Assembly (NCBI GenBank): GCA_964558415.1
Contig: CAZLDI010000003.1
Coordinates: 136,627-200,626 of the forward strand
Length of the DNA stretch: 64,000 nt
Direction of reading: 5' to 3'
From: an uncultured Dehalococcoidia bacterium
GTDB taxonomy: Bacteria > Chloroflexota > Dehalococcoidia > SM23-28-2 > RBG-16-64-32
The position numbers and the translations under genes are program-made. Positions 1-8,893 of this stretch are shown one piece after another. Within the stretch, counting starts at the first letter, position 1; each line of letters opens with the position of its first letter. The notes beneath the pieces are model-generated. The model was not told where the DNA came from. It did not search any database and saw only the letters and a program-made list of their open reading frames with translations.

Positions 1-1723
1 AACCGGCGGCTTCCTGCGCTACCAGGGGTTCGACCCTGTGGTGCTCGACCGCTACGACCCGCACCAGACGCAGTTCGGGCCGATGTACGCCAACCAGTCG
101 GCGGTGTTCAGCAAGCTGTATGCGTACAAGAGCCACATCCAGCCGATCTGGGACAACATCGTCCCGGACCTGGCGTCCGCCGCGCCGGAGATGATCGGAC
201 CGACGGGCGCGCCGGACACCTACATAGTTAAATTGCGCGAGGGCGTTAAGTTCCACGACACATCGGAGATCCGGCAGAACTTCCCGGAGATCGCCGGCCG
301 CGAACTGACCGCGGAGGATGTCGTGTTCAGCTACGACCGGCAGCGCAACCCGGACAGTCTGCAGAAGGGCTACTACTACCGCTCCAGCCAGTACCGGACG
401 ATCGACACGATCCGGGCGACTGACAAGTACACGCTCGAGATCAAGACGAAGGGGCCGATCGCCCCGTTCTTCCACTTTATGGCGGACACCAACGCGATGA
501 TCATCCCGAAGGAGATCGTCGATCAGTCGCCGGGGCCCGGCGGCAAGCCGCTGGACACCGTCGACACGAACAACGCGCCGCGGCCCGAAGACCGGATGAT
601 CGGCACGGGGCCGTTCATGTGGGATACGCTGAAGTTTGGCATCGAGTTCAAAGCGGTGAAGAACCCGAACTGGTTCGGCTGGGACGACCCGGCGCTGGGC
701 CGGCCGTACCTGGACGGATACGTTGTGTCGGGCAGCAGCCTGAACGACACGGCGCTGGAGGCGCTGTTCCGGCGCAAGGAGATCGATGTCGCGGGATACA
801 TCGACAACCCGCAGTGGGTGTTCGACATCAAGGAAGAGAAGCCGGAGCTGGAGTTCATTCGCTCCCATATCTCCGGCTGGATCGGCTCGCGGTTCAAGAC
901 GTTCTGCAAGCCGTTCGACGACCCGAGGATGCGGAAGGCGATACACCTGGCGACAGAACGGCAGCAGATCATCCAGATCATCGGCAGCGGCGAGTGGAAG
1001 ATGCAGGGGCCCGTTGGGCAGGCGATCACCTACTGGGCGCTGCCTGAAGAGGAGTTGCTGAAGCTACCGGGCTACCGCCAGGGTGCGGACCGGGAAACGG
1101 ACATCCGGACCGCGCGCCAGCTATACGAGGCGGCGCTGTCGGACCTGCCGGCAGACCAGAGGGACCTGCCGCAGGTGTGGTTCGCGGACATACCAAGCTA
1201 CATCCCGAACTTCATCGGGAGCTGGAAGCAGTTCATGAGCAACAACCTCGGCGTACCGGTAGACAAGCTGCGGACGATCACCCAGCCCTACGCCCGCATC
1301 TTCGAGGTCATCGCCAACGAGGCCTGCGGCGACCAGGGCGCGATGACCTGGCAGTTCGACAACGGCTGGATCGATCTGGACGACTGGGTCTACCCGTACT
1401 TCCACTCCACAGGCTCGAAGAACTCGTTCCGGCTGAAGGACCCGGACCTGGATAGCCTGCTCGATGCGCAGCGCACGGAGTTCAACTACGAGCGACGGCG
1501 CGATCTGGGGTTCCAGATCCAGAAGTACCTACTGGGCGAACAGGGCGACGGCTTGCAGAAGGGCGCGCACGCCCGCATTGACTATGCGACACCGTACACG
1601 GCGACGGTGTCCTGGCCGTATCTGAAGAACCGCGTCGGCTTCCCGTGGTTCGGGAACAGCCACTGGTCCGCCAACATCTGGCTGGACAAGAACGACCAGA
1701 GCTACAGCGGCCGCAAGTCGTAA
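1..1723 (+). CDS. ABC transporter substrate-binding protein, family 5 (peptide/nickel type), 5' end truncated by the window edge
   Basis: The 561-aa ORF is open to position 1 with no stop upstream and has no N-terminal signal peptide, so the start lies outside the window. Length and the DTSEIRQNFPEIAG...GTGPF region look like a family-5 solute-binding protein. Confidence 0.75.
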   Translation, partial: TGGFLRYQGFDPVVLDRYDPHQTQFGPMYANQSAVFSKLYAYKSHIQPIWDNIVPDLASAAPEMIGPTGAPDTYIVKLREGVKFHDTSEIRQNFPEIAGRELTAEDVVFSYDRQRNPDSLQKGYYYRSSQYRTIDTIRATDKYTLEIKTKGPIAPFFHFMADTNAMIIPKEIVDQSPGPGGKPLDTVDTNNAPRPEDRMIGTGPFMWDTLKFGIEFKAVKNPNWFGWDDPALGRPYLDGYVVSGSSLNDTALEALFRRKEIDVAGYIDNPQWVFDIKEEKPELEFIRSHISGWIGSRFKTFCKPFDDPRMRKAIHLATERQQIIQIIGSGEWKMQGPVGQAITYWALPEEELLKLPGYRQGADRETDIRTARQLYEAALSDLPADQRDLPQVWFADIPSYIPNFIGSWKQFMSNNLGVPVDKLRTITQPYARIFEVIANEACGDQGAMTWQFDNGWIDLDDWVYPYFHSTGSKNSFRLKDPDLDSLLDAQRTEFNYERRRDLGFQIQKYLLGEQGDGLQKGAHARIDYATPYTATVSWPYLKNRVGFPWFGNSHWSANIWLDKNDQSYSGRKS

Positions 1724-1906
1724 CCGCAGCACGCGGGACCGAAACTGAATCGGGTGGCGTCGATGCCAACGCCGATGTCAGGGCTTCGGCGGATGCGGGG
1801 CGGTTGTGCTCCGCCCGTCCTACGAGAGCCTCAGCACGAGCGGGAAGGGGCGTCCGCTCCCGTCCGGAAGAGCGCCGATTTCGCTTACGTGGGCCCTGGA
1901 TCGAGC

Positions 1907-2704
1907 CTACATGATCGAGGCTGTGCTGCCGCCGTCCACCTGAATAGTCGTGCCCGAGATATAGCGGGCCTGCGCTGAAGCGAGGAACGTGATGAGGTTC
2001 GCGACGTCCTCCGGGGCGCCCAGGTAGCCCATCGGCACGCGGCCTTCTTCCAGCGACACCGCCTGCTCCAGCGATATTCCCTGCCGCTTCGCGCGCTCTT
2101 CGATCAGCGATACAAGCCGCTCCGTAGCGATGTTGCCCGGGCAGACGTTGTTCACAGTGATGCCCTCCGGCGCCAGCTCCCGCGAGAGTGTCTTCGCCAT
2201 GCCGATCACCGCCAGGCGCGTGGCGTTGGAGAGCATCAGCCCGTCGATGGGTGTCTTGACGGCCACCGACGTGATGTTGATGATGCGCCCCGCCCCCGAC
2301 CTTCGCAGACAAGGTAACGCCTCGCGGACCGTCCGCACAGCCGATAGCAGGTTCTGATCAACCGCGTGCTGCCAGTAGCTCTCGTCCAGGGCGTCGAAGG
2401 CGCCCGTCGGCGGGCCGCCCGCGTTGTTGACCACTATATCCAGGCCGCCGAAGGCGGCCGCGGTGCGGCTGACGGCGCTTTTGATGTCGTCATAACGGGC
2501 CATGTCGCAGGTCAGCGGCAGCACCTCGCCGCCCGTTTCCGCGCGGATCTCGTCCGCGGCGCTGTTCAGCGTCTGTTCGTTGCGCGCGCAAATCGCGACT
2601 CTACAGCCTTCACGCGCCAGCGCGGTCGCCGTCGCCTTGCCGATCCCCTTGCTCGCGCCGCCCACGAGCGCGGCCTTGCCCTGAAGTCCCATATCCATCT
2701 GCAT
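1907..2704 (-). CDS. SDR family oxidoreductase (FabG-like short-chain dehydrogenase)
   Basis: It has an N-terminal GGASKGIGKA Rossmann motif and a 265-aa SDR architecture with a NNAG motif. Confidence 0.85.
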   Translation of the reverse strand: MQMDMGLQGKAALVGGASKGIGKATATALAREGCRVAICARNEQTLNSAADEIRAETGGEVLPLTCDMARYDDIKSAVSRTAAAFGGLDIVVNNAGGPPTGAFDALDESYWQHAVDQNLLSAVRTVREALPCLRRSGAGRIINITSVAVKTPIDGLMLSNATRLAVIGMAKTLSRELAPEGITVNNVCPGNIATERLVSLIEERAKRQGISLEQAVSLEEGRVPMGYLGAPEDVANLITFLASAQARYISGTTIQVDGGSTASIM

Positions 2705-2799
2705 CTGCTCCTCCGCTTGAGTCTGCAGCTAATTCAACGGGTACCAGTCCGTTGCGTCAAACGGTTGTCATCTGGCGTGAGCTGCTGGTATATTGAGCG

Positions 2800-2962
2800 C
2801 GAAAAGAATACAGAGGTACGGGTCTCCACGACCCTCCCGCGGCGGGCCGCTCGCCATGGGAGAGCAGGAGTCAAAAGCGAAGCCGGTGAGAGGCCGGCGC
2901 TGTCCCGCAACTGTATCCACGGGTCCGCTCAGTAGGACACCGCGGAAGTCAGGTCGCCTGCC
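2800..2962 (+). ncRNA. Cobalamin (B12) riboswitch aptamer
   Basis: The core GGGAGAGCAGGAGTCAAAAGCGAAGCCGGTGAGAGGCCGGCGCTGTCCCGCAACTGTA matches the GGUGnnAnUCCnnCGCnGnCCCGCnACUGU consensus. A B12-box-like GAAGTCAGGTCGCCTGCC follows at 2945-2962. It sits directly upstream of a B12 uptake operon. Confidence 0.7.
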
Positions 2963-3016
2963 CGTACTGATCAACCAGCCTTCGCGGAAAGGCATGGGCG
3001 TTGCGACGAGTCCGAG

Positions 3017-3045
3017 ACCCCTGCCAGAGCGCAGGGGTTTTGCAT
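3017..3045 (+). terminator. Intrinsic terminator / attenuator in the riboswitch expression platform
   Basis: A CCCCTGC-cagagc-GCAGGGG hairpin is followed by TTTTGCATT, just before the RBS AGGAGGAGG of the downstream gene. Confidence 0.6.
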
Positions 3046-3088
3046 TCGGGCCCCCTGCCTCCGCGCATTCAGGAGGAGGTATGACACC

Positions 3089-4102
3089 TTGAGGACGCGA
3101 ATCGCCAACCCCCTGTGGCTCGTGCTTGCGATCGCGCTGGCGTCGCTCGCTTTGCTATCCGCCTGCGACTCCGACGGCGAGGAAGGCGCACGCCAGCCCA
3201 CTGACCGCTCTTCGACGCCGACCACCACCACCGCTACCCCGGCCACCTTCGATTGCGACGCAGATTATCCCGGCAGCGCGGCGGACCCGGCGACGTTCCC
3301 TATCGAGATCGAAGACAGCTCGGGTGCCGCAGTCACGTTCGAACGGCCGCCGTCCCGCATCGTTTCGCTGTCGGCGGCGCACACGGAGATCTTCTACGCG
3401 ATTGGCGCCGGTGGACAGATTGCGGCGGCGGACAACTTCTCTGACTGCCCGAAGGCGGCCGAGGCGCTCGAGCATCTCGACTCCTTCGCGCCAAGCGCCG
3501 AGGCGATCATCGCGCTGGAGCCTGACCTGGTGCTGCTCTTCTTCGACCCGGGCGACCTGAGGACGTCGCTGGAGGCAACCGGCTTGAAGGTCGTCTTGTT
3601 CGACTCCCCCGCGTCGATCCGGGGAGTTTACGAGCAGATCGACCTGCTGGGCCAGATCAGCGGTCACGTGGAAGAGGCAGCGAACCTTGTGGCTTCGATG
3701 CAAGCCGGAATCGAAGGCATCGTCGAGTCGCTGGGCGACCGCGCCGGCCCGACGGTGTTCCATGAGGGCGACAACACGTTCTTCAGCGCCGGCCCGGGCA
3801 GCTTCGTCGGCGACCTGTACGACACCCTCCGCGCGGAGAATATCGCGAACGCCACCGGCGAGCCCTTCCCGCAGCTCACTCAAGAGGCGATCATCGCCGC
3901 CGCGCCGGAGGTCATCATCCTGGCGGACGAGGATGCCGGCGAGACGGCGGAGACAGTGAAGGCTCGGCCCGGCTGGGACTCGATCCCGGCGGTCCAGAAC
4001 GGCCGCATTTACACGATCGATCCGAACATCATCAGCCGGCCAGGGCCCCGGCTGGTTGAGGCTCTCGAAACACTGGCCGGCTTCCTGTACAGGGAGAGCT
4101 GA
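3089..4102 (+). CDS. btuF: ABC transporter periplasmic binding lipoprotein, cobalamin/iron-siderophore class (BtuF-like)
   Basis: It has a lipoprotein signal (LALLSAC) and the fold-class features of a B12/Fe3+-hydroxamate binding protein. It is first gene after the B12 riboswitch, with a TTG start and an AGGAGG RBS. Confidence 0.75.
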   Translation: MRTRIANPLWLVLAIALASLALLSACDSDGEEGARQPTDRSSTPTTTTATPATFDCDADYPGSAADPATFPIEIEDSSGAAVTFERPPSRIVSLSAAHTEIFYAIGAGGQIAAADNFSDCPKAAEALEHLDSFAPSAEAIIALEPDLVLLFFDPGDLRTSLEATGLKVVLFDSPASIRGVYEQIDLLGQISGHVEEAANLVASMQAGIEGIVESLGDRAGPTVFHEGDNTFFSAGPGSFVGDLYDTLRAENIANATGEPFPQLTQEAIIAAAPEVIILADEDAGETAETVKARPGWDSIPAVQNGRIYTIDPNIISRPGPRLVEALETLAGFLYRES

Positions 4103-4107
4103 ACGGC

Positions 4108-5202
4108 GTGGACGTACTCCGCCGCTCGCTGATGGTCAGCGCCGAAGCGGATGCGCTGCCAGGCCTGCGCCGCCCCTCCCTGCCACCGCGGCTGGCGCTC
4201 GGCGCGCTTGCGCTCCTCGGCGCCGCGGTAATCGGAGTCGCGCTCGGCCCGACAAGCGTCCCGCTCGATGCGACAGTGCGGATACTGCTGTCGCATCTGC
4301 CGGGCGTCGGGCTGGCCGAAGACGTCCCCGCTAGCTGGCAGAACATCATCTGGCAGCTGCGGCTTCCGCGCGTCCTCCTGGCAGGCGTGGCCGGGGCGAC
4401 GCTGGCGATGGCGGGGGCCACTTACCAGGGCGTGTTTCGCAACCCCCTGGCGGACCCGTATCTCATCGGCGTCGCCACCGGCGCCAACCTCGGTGCGACC
4501 ATCGTGTTGGTGTCTGACGTGAACGTCGCCTGGCACGGGCTGAGCGTCCTACCGCTGGCTGCCTTCGCCGGAGCGCTGATCTCCGTCGTCGCGGTGTACG
4601 GGATAGCGCGCGCCGGGAGCACGGCCTCATCGACGACGCTGATCCTCGCCGGCGTCGCGCTGTCGTCACTGTCAACGGCGATCACGTCATACCTGATGCT
4701 CCAGAGCACAACGAACACCACGCAAGTGTTCGCCGTCGTGCTCGGCGGGTTCAACACCGCATCGTGGGTGAAGCTGGCCTGGGTGCTGCCGTACGCGCTC
4801 CCCGCGGCGATCGTGGTGCTGATGCACGGTCGCATCTTGAACGTGCTCAGCCTGGACGAAGAGCAGGCGCGGCACCTGGGCGTGGACGTCGAACGGACGA
4901 AGCTGCTGCTGTTGGGCGCGGCGTCGCTCGCCGCGGCGGCGGCCGTCTCGGTCAGCGGGACGATCGGCTTTGTCGGCCTCATCGTCCCTCACGCTGTGCG
5001 GATGGTCTGGGGTTCGGACAACCGCCAGCTACTCCCGCTGGTGCTGCTGCTGGGCGCTGCCTTCCTGATCTGCGCGGACCTGGGCGCGAGGACGCTGGAC
5101 CGCGGCGAAGAGATACCGGTGGGGATCATCACCTCCTTCTGTGGGGTGCCATTCTTTCTGTACCTCCTGCGCCGGTCCAGGGGCGGCTACTCTCTGCCAT
5201 GA
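4108..5202 (+). CDS. btuC: FecCD-family ABC permease (BtuC-like)
   Basis: It is a 364-aa polytopic membrane protein with the typical FecCD-family GxxLxxAG region (LAGVAGATLAMAGATYQG). Confidence 0.8.
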   Translation: MDVLRRSLMVSAEADALPGLRRPSLPPRLALGALALLGAAVIGVALGPTSVPLDATVRILLSHLPGVGLAEDVPASWQNIIWQLRLPRVLLAGVAGATLAMAGATYQGVFRNPLADPYLIGVATGANLGATIVLVSDVNVAWHGLSVLPLAAFAGALISVVAVYGIARAGSTASSTTLILAGVALSSLSTAITSYLMLQSTTNTTQVFAVVLGGFNTASWVKLAWVLPYALPAAIVVLMHGRILNVLSLDEEQARHLGVDVERTKLLLLGAASLAAAAAVSVSGTIGFVGLIVPHAVRMVWGSDNRQLLPLVLLLGAAFLICADLGARTLDRGEEIPVGIITSFCGVPFFLYLLRRSRGGYSLP

Positions 5203-6026
5203 GCGTCCCCCTGCCGCACGCCGCCGCCGCCCCGGCGGTCGAGACTCGTTCGCTGTCCGTGGAGTACCGAGCCGGCCGACGGAAGATCGCGGCGCTGCGC
5301 GACGTCAGCCTCGCCCTCGCGGAGGGAGAGCTCGTTGGCCTGGTTGGTCCCAACGGTTCGGGCAAGACGACTCTCGTGCGGGCGATCACGAAGGCGGTGA
5401 CGCCTGCGGCCGGCGTGGTGCGAGTCTGCGGGCAGGACGTGTCTCGCTTGAGGCAGAGCTTCCTCGCCCGTCAGGTCGCGGTCGTACCGCAGGACCCTTC
5501 GCTGCCGGAGGGCTTCAGCGCCTTCGAATGCGTTCTGATGGGACGCACGCCTCACCTCCGCCTGCTACAGAACGAGGGGCAGGAAGACATCGCGGCGGCC
5601 CAACGTGCGATGGCGGCTACGGATACGCTGGAGCTTGCCTCACGGCCTGTATCTGAACTATCCGGCGGCGAAAGGCAGCGCGTGGCCGTCGCGCGGGCGC
5701 TGGCGCAGGAAACCCCGGTGCTCTTACTGGACGAGCCCACTGCGCATCTCGACATAGGCCACCAGGTGTCGGTCCTCGAACTCGTGCGATCACTCTGCCG
5801 GGAAAAGGGGAAAGCTGTGCTCGCCGTTGTGCACGACCTGACGCTCGCCGGCCAGTACTGCGATCGCCTTGTGATGCTGAGCGGCGGCGCAGTCGTCGCG
5901 GAAGGCGAGCCGGGGGATGTGCTCCGCGAGGAGCTGCTCTCGCAGGTGTACGAGGCAGCCGTCACCGTACTGCCTCACCCGCAGACAGGCCGGCCCGTGG
6001 TGGCGCCCTCCGCCCCCGCCGGATAG
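5199..6026 (+). CDS. btuD: ABC transporter ATP-binding protein (BtuD/FecE-like)
   Basis: Walker A GPNGSGKTT, signature LSGGERQR and Walker B LLLDEP are present. Its ATG overlaps the permease stop (ATGA). The long upstream extension of the ORF in the track is rejected. Confidence 0.85.
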   Translation: MSVPLPHAAAAPAVETRSLSVEYRAGRRKIAALRDVSLALAEGELVGLVGPNGSGKTTLVRAITKAVTPAAGVVRVCGQDVSRLRQSFLARQVAVVPQDPSLPEGFSAFECVLMGRTPHLRLLQNEGQEDIAAAQRAMAATDTLELASRPVSELSGGERQRVAVARALAQETPVLLLDEPTAHLDIGHQVSVLELVRSLCREKGKAVLAVVHDLTLAGQYCDRLVMLSGGAVVAEGEPGDVLREELLSQVYEAAVTVLPHPQTGRPVVAPSAPAG

Positions 6027-6129
6027 ACCGGCCCGGCCATCGCGCCCCTTCCCGCTCATCCTGAGGTTCTCGTAGGATGAGCGGGGCGACACCGTTCCGG
6101 CCGGTGCAAACGCCCCGTGGAGAAGACAT

Positions 6130-6702
6130 ATGGCCCGCTCGAAGAAATCGATGCTGTACACGCGGTCCGGGGACGCGGGCACCACCGCGCTTTTCGGCGG
6201 CGGACGCGTGCCTAAGGACCACCCACGCGTCGAGGCGTACGGCGCGGTTGATGAGCTGAACTCCACGCTCGGCGTCGCGGCTGCCTTCGTCTCGCAGCGA
6301 ACGCTCGCGAAAGCGCTGCAGAACATCCAGAACGAGTTGTTCAACGTCGGGTCGGAACTCGCGAGCGAGACGGGTGGGAAGGCGGCGGCTGCTGGCCATA
6401 TGTTCATCGACCCGGACGACAAGATCGCCGCACTTGAGCGGCTGATCGACCAGTACGACGCAAAGGCGCCGCCGCTGCGCACGTTCATCCTGCCCTCCGG
6501 CTCGCAGGCGGGGGCGCTGCTCCACCTCTGCCGGACGGTCTGCCGGCGCGCCGAGAGGGCAGTCGTGCGGCTCTCGCGAGAAGAGCCGGTGAACCCGGAG
6601 CTGGTACGCTACCTCAACCGCCTGTCCGACCTGCTGTTCGTGCTCGCCCGCTACGTGAACAAGGCGGCGAAGAAGCCTGAGACGCCCTGGCGCAAGGGGT
6701 GA
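6130..6702 (+). CDS. PduO-type ATP:cob(I)alamin adenosyltransferase
   Basis: The N-terminus is MYTRSGDAGTT and the protein is ~190 aa, typical of PduO/MMAB-type adenosyltransferases. It sits in the B12 operon. Confidence 0.8.
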   Translation: MARSKKSMLYTRSGDAGTTALFGGGRVPKDHPRVEAYGAVDELNSTLGVAAAFVSQRTLAKALQNIQNELFNVGSELASETGGKAAAAGHMFIDPDDKIAALERLIDQYDAKAPPLRTFILPSGSQAGALLHLCRTVCRRAERAVVRLSREEPVNPELVRYLNRLSDLLFVLARYVNKAAKKPETPWRKG

Positions 6703-7340
6703 CGGACGTGACCACTCGACTCTTGCTCGCCCGTCACGGCGCCTTCGACCGCAGCGGCACAATCGGTGGGCCGGACGATGGCCTCAATGCACTGGGCCGG
6801 CGCGAGGCCGAGGCGCTGGCCTGCTACCTGGCTGATCGAGACGTAGCCTCAATCTACTCCAGCACTCTCAAGCGTGCCCTGCAGACCGCCGAGATAGTCA
6901 GCGGGCAGCTGGGCCTGGGAGTCCGTCCCGAGCCACGTCTTCGCGAGTGGGACCCAGGCGAGTGGATGGGCGTCCCCGAGGAAGAGATCAAGGCGAAATA
7001 TCCTGTAGAATGGCACCGCCTTCAGACCGACCCAGGGTTCACTCCTCCAGGAGGGGAGCATCTATCTGATCTTGTCGAGCGCGTATACGAAGCGGTCGGG
7101 GAAATCGCCGGCGCGCACCCGAACGAGTCTGTGCTGCTGGTCAGCCACGGCGGTGCGCTCAGCGCGCTTATCTGCAGAGTCCTTCACGTTGATTTCGATG
7201 CGCTTTCCCGCGCCTACTTCCGCGGCGAGCCGCCGTTCACGGTGGTCAGGTGCGCCGTTTCGACAGTGGAGTTTCGCGAGGCCGGGCCCGTGCTCCTCTC
7301 CCTCAACGACGCCTGCCATCTGGACGGACTCACTCCTTGA
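6699..7340 (+). CDS. Histidine phosphatase family protein (phosphoglycerate mutase-like; plausibly an alpha-ribazole phosphatase CobC analogue)
   Basis: The RHG catalytic motif (LLARHGAFD) is present. The GTG start overlaps the PduO stop. The cobalamin-operon context suggests CobC. Confidence 0.7.
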   Translation: MTDVTTRLLLARHGAFDRSGTIGGPDDGLNALGRREAEALACYLADRDVASIYSSTLKRALQTAEIVSGQLGLGVRPEPRLREWDPGEWMGVPEEEIKAKYPVEWHRLQTDPGFTPPGGEHLSDLVERVYEAVGEIAGAHPNESVLLVSHGGALSALICRVLHVDFDALSRAYFRGEPPFTVVRCAVSTVEFREAGPVLLSLNDACHLDGLTP

Positions 7341-8041
7341 TCCCGGTCTCCGACTCCCCGCAGTCCCGCACCTTCCCCTACGTCAACGTCGCGCTCATCG
7401 TTTCCTCCGTCCTTGTCTTTCTGTACGAATTGACGCTCTCGTTGGCCGACGTCAATCGCTTCTACTTCGACCACGGCGTCGTGCCACGCCAGCTCGTCGA
7501 CTGGCTGGAGGACCCATCAGGCGTCACGGAGCCGCTGACCGTGGTGACCTCGGCGTTTGTGCACGGTGGCTGGCTGCACCTCGTGGGGAACATGCTCTAC
7601 CTCTGGGTGTTTGGCGACAACGTCGAGGACGCGCTGGGCCACGTCAAGTACGGAGCGTTCTACGTCGTGTCGGCGACCGGCGCGGTGGCGCTACAGGTGG
7701 CGGTGGACACCAACGAAGTGATCCCGATGGTCGGCGCGAGCGGCGCGATCGCAGGAGTGATGGGCGCCTACCTCGTCCTCTACCCGACGGCCAGGGTGAA
7801 CACGTTGATCTGGTTCTTCCCGGTGCCCGTGCCTGCCGTCGTTCTGATCGGCGTCTGGTTCTTGATGCAGCTCCTCAGCGGCACAGCGGCTCTCGGCGGC
7901 GACACGCTGTCAGAGCAGGCTGTCGCCTTCTGGGCGCATGTGGGCGGGTTCGTCACCGGCTTCGCGATAGTCCTGGGCGCGCGTCCGTTCATTCGCGTCC
8001 GGCCGCTGCACGCGCGCCGACGCCGGACGGATATGTGGTGA
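7337..8041 (+). CDS. Rhomboid family intramembrane serine protease
   Basis: The GASGAIAGVMGAY catalytic Ser motif, the HGGWLHLxxNM motif and a later His are present. The start is uncertain: a TTG at 7337 is chosen just after the upstream stop, while the ORF-track ATG at 7250 would overlap the preceding gene. Confidence 0.75.
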   Translation: MIPVSDSPQSRTFPYVNVALIVSSVLVFLYELTLSLADVNRFYFDHGVVPRQLVDWLEDPSGVTEPLTVVTSAFVHGGWLHLVGNMLYLWVFGDNVEDALGHVKYGAFYVVSATGAVALQVAVDTNEVIPMVGASGAIAGVMGAYLVLYPTARVNTLIWFFPVPVPAVVLIGVWFLMQLLSGTAALGGDTLSEQAVAFWAHVGGFVTGFAIVLGARPFIRVRPLHARRRRTDMW

Positions 8042-8081
8042 GCGGGCATCGCAGCGGGTGGCGATCTAGTGCCCATCAGCA

Positions 8082-8109
8082 GGGGCGCGTCATGATGCGC
8101 CCCTACGCC
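8082..8109. repeat. REP-like GC-rich hairpin palindrome (copy 1), GGGGCGCGTCATGATGCGCCCCTACGCC
   Basis: It is a near-perfect inverted repeat (stem GGGGCGC / GCGCCCC around a GTCATGAT loop) located about 80 nt upstream of the RAYT start. Confidence 0.7.
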
Positions 8110-8186
8110 GCGCATCCACTCGCCTGCTTGCCAAGGGTGACATCGGGACGTTGCATCTTCTGTGGACCGTCATTACGGTGGGCGTC

Positions 8187-8780
8187 ATGCGATACGATCC
8201 GCGAATACATCAGCGGCGATCTGTCCGCCTCCCATACTATGATTACCGCTCGAACGGGGCATACTTCGTCACAATCTGCACGCATCAACGAGAGGCTTTG
8301 TTCAATGACCACAGGTTCAAAGCAGCGACCGAAGATTCGTGGTGCGCCATCCCGCGCCATTATCCGCAGGCGGAGATCGACGAGTTCATCGTTATGCCCA
8401 ACCACGTTCACGGAATCATTCGGATTCACTGCGCAACCACCGTAGGGGCGCGTCATGATGCGCCCCTACGCCCCGAAATCCCCAGAGCCTCCGTTCTTCA
8501 GCGTCGCTCATTGGGCGCAATCGTTCTGCAATTCAAGTCGGCATCCGCTAAGCGAATCAACGAACTGAGGTCTAACCCGGGCGGCCGGGTCTGGCAGCGC
8601 AATTATTACGAGCGTGTATTGCGAGACGAGAGGGAACTGGACGCGGCGCGGGATTACATCCTGGATAACCCACGAAAGTGGGACGACGACATCAACAACC
8701 CGAAGAACATCCATCGTCTGGGGGTTCCGAAACGCCGAGGTGGGTTCTCCAGCGAAACGCAACGGTCCGGCAAGCGGTAA
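8187..8780 (+). mobile_element. REP-associated tyrosine transposase (RAYT, IS200/IS605-like Y1 transposase)
   Basis: The HuH motif NHVHGII, a C-terminal WQRNYYER catalytic-Tyr region and the N-terminal YFVTICTHQRE block are present. An alternative ATG start lies at 8151. Confidence 0.75.
8442..8471. repeat. REP-like hairpin palindrome (copy 2), CGTAGGGGCGCGTCATGATGCGCCCCTACG, embedded in-frame in the RAYT gene
   Basis: A 28-nt core is identical to copy 1 and has a longer 11-bp stem. It is translated as VGARHDAPLR within a roughly 15-aa insertion between the HuH motif and the conserved K/R-rich helix. Confidence 0.7.
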
Positions 8781-8893
8781 GTGGTGTCAGAGCGCATCAT
8801 TGACGTGCCCCCCCCCCCTCATTGACAACCCTCCGGCGCGGGTGTAGCTTTCGCTTATCCGCAGGCATATCGCGACGCAGGGGAGGTCTCACC

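Noticed and set aside
1482-2312. 276-aa minus-strand ORF overlapping the end of the SBP gene and the SDR gene
   Set aside because: It is antisense to, or out of frame with, two genes of clear identity. Its low-complexity Gly/Arg/Ala-rich translation is typical of spurious ORFs in high-GC DNA.
4764-5198. Upstream extension of the ABC ATPase ORF (420-aa version)
   Set aside because: It overlaps the permease gene out of frame. The Walker A lies about 45 residues after the ATG at 5199, which overlaps the permease stop.
7072-8445. 457-aa plus-strand ORF spanning the rhomboid and RAYT region
   Set aside because: It runs in an alternative frame across two recognisable genes and the intergenic palindrome. 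Its translation is Arg/Pro/Ser-rich and matches no motif.
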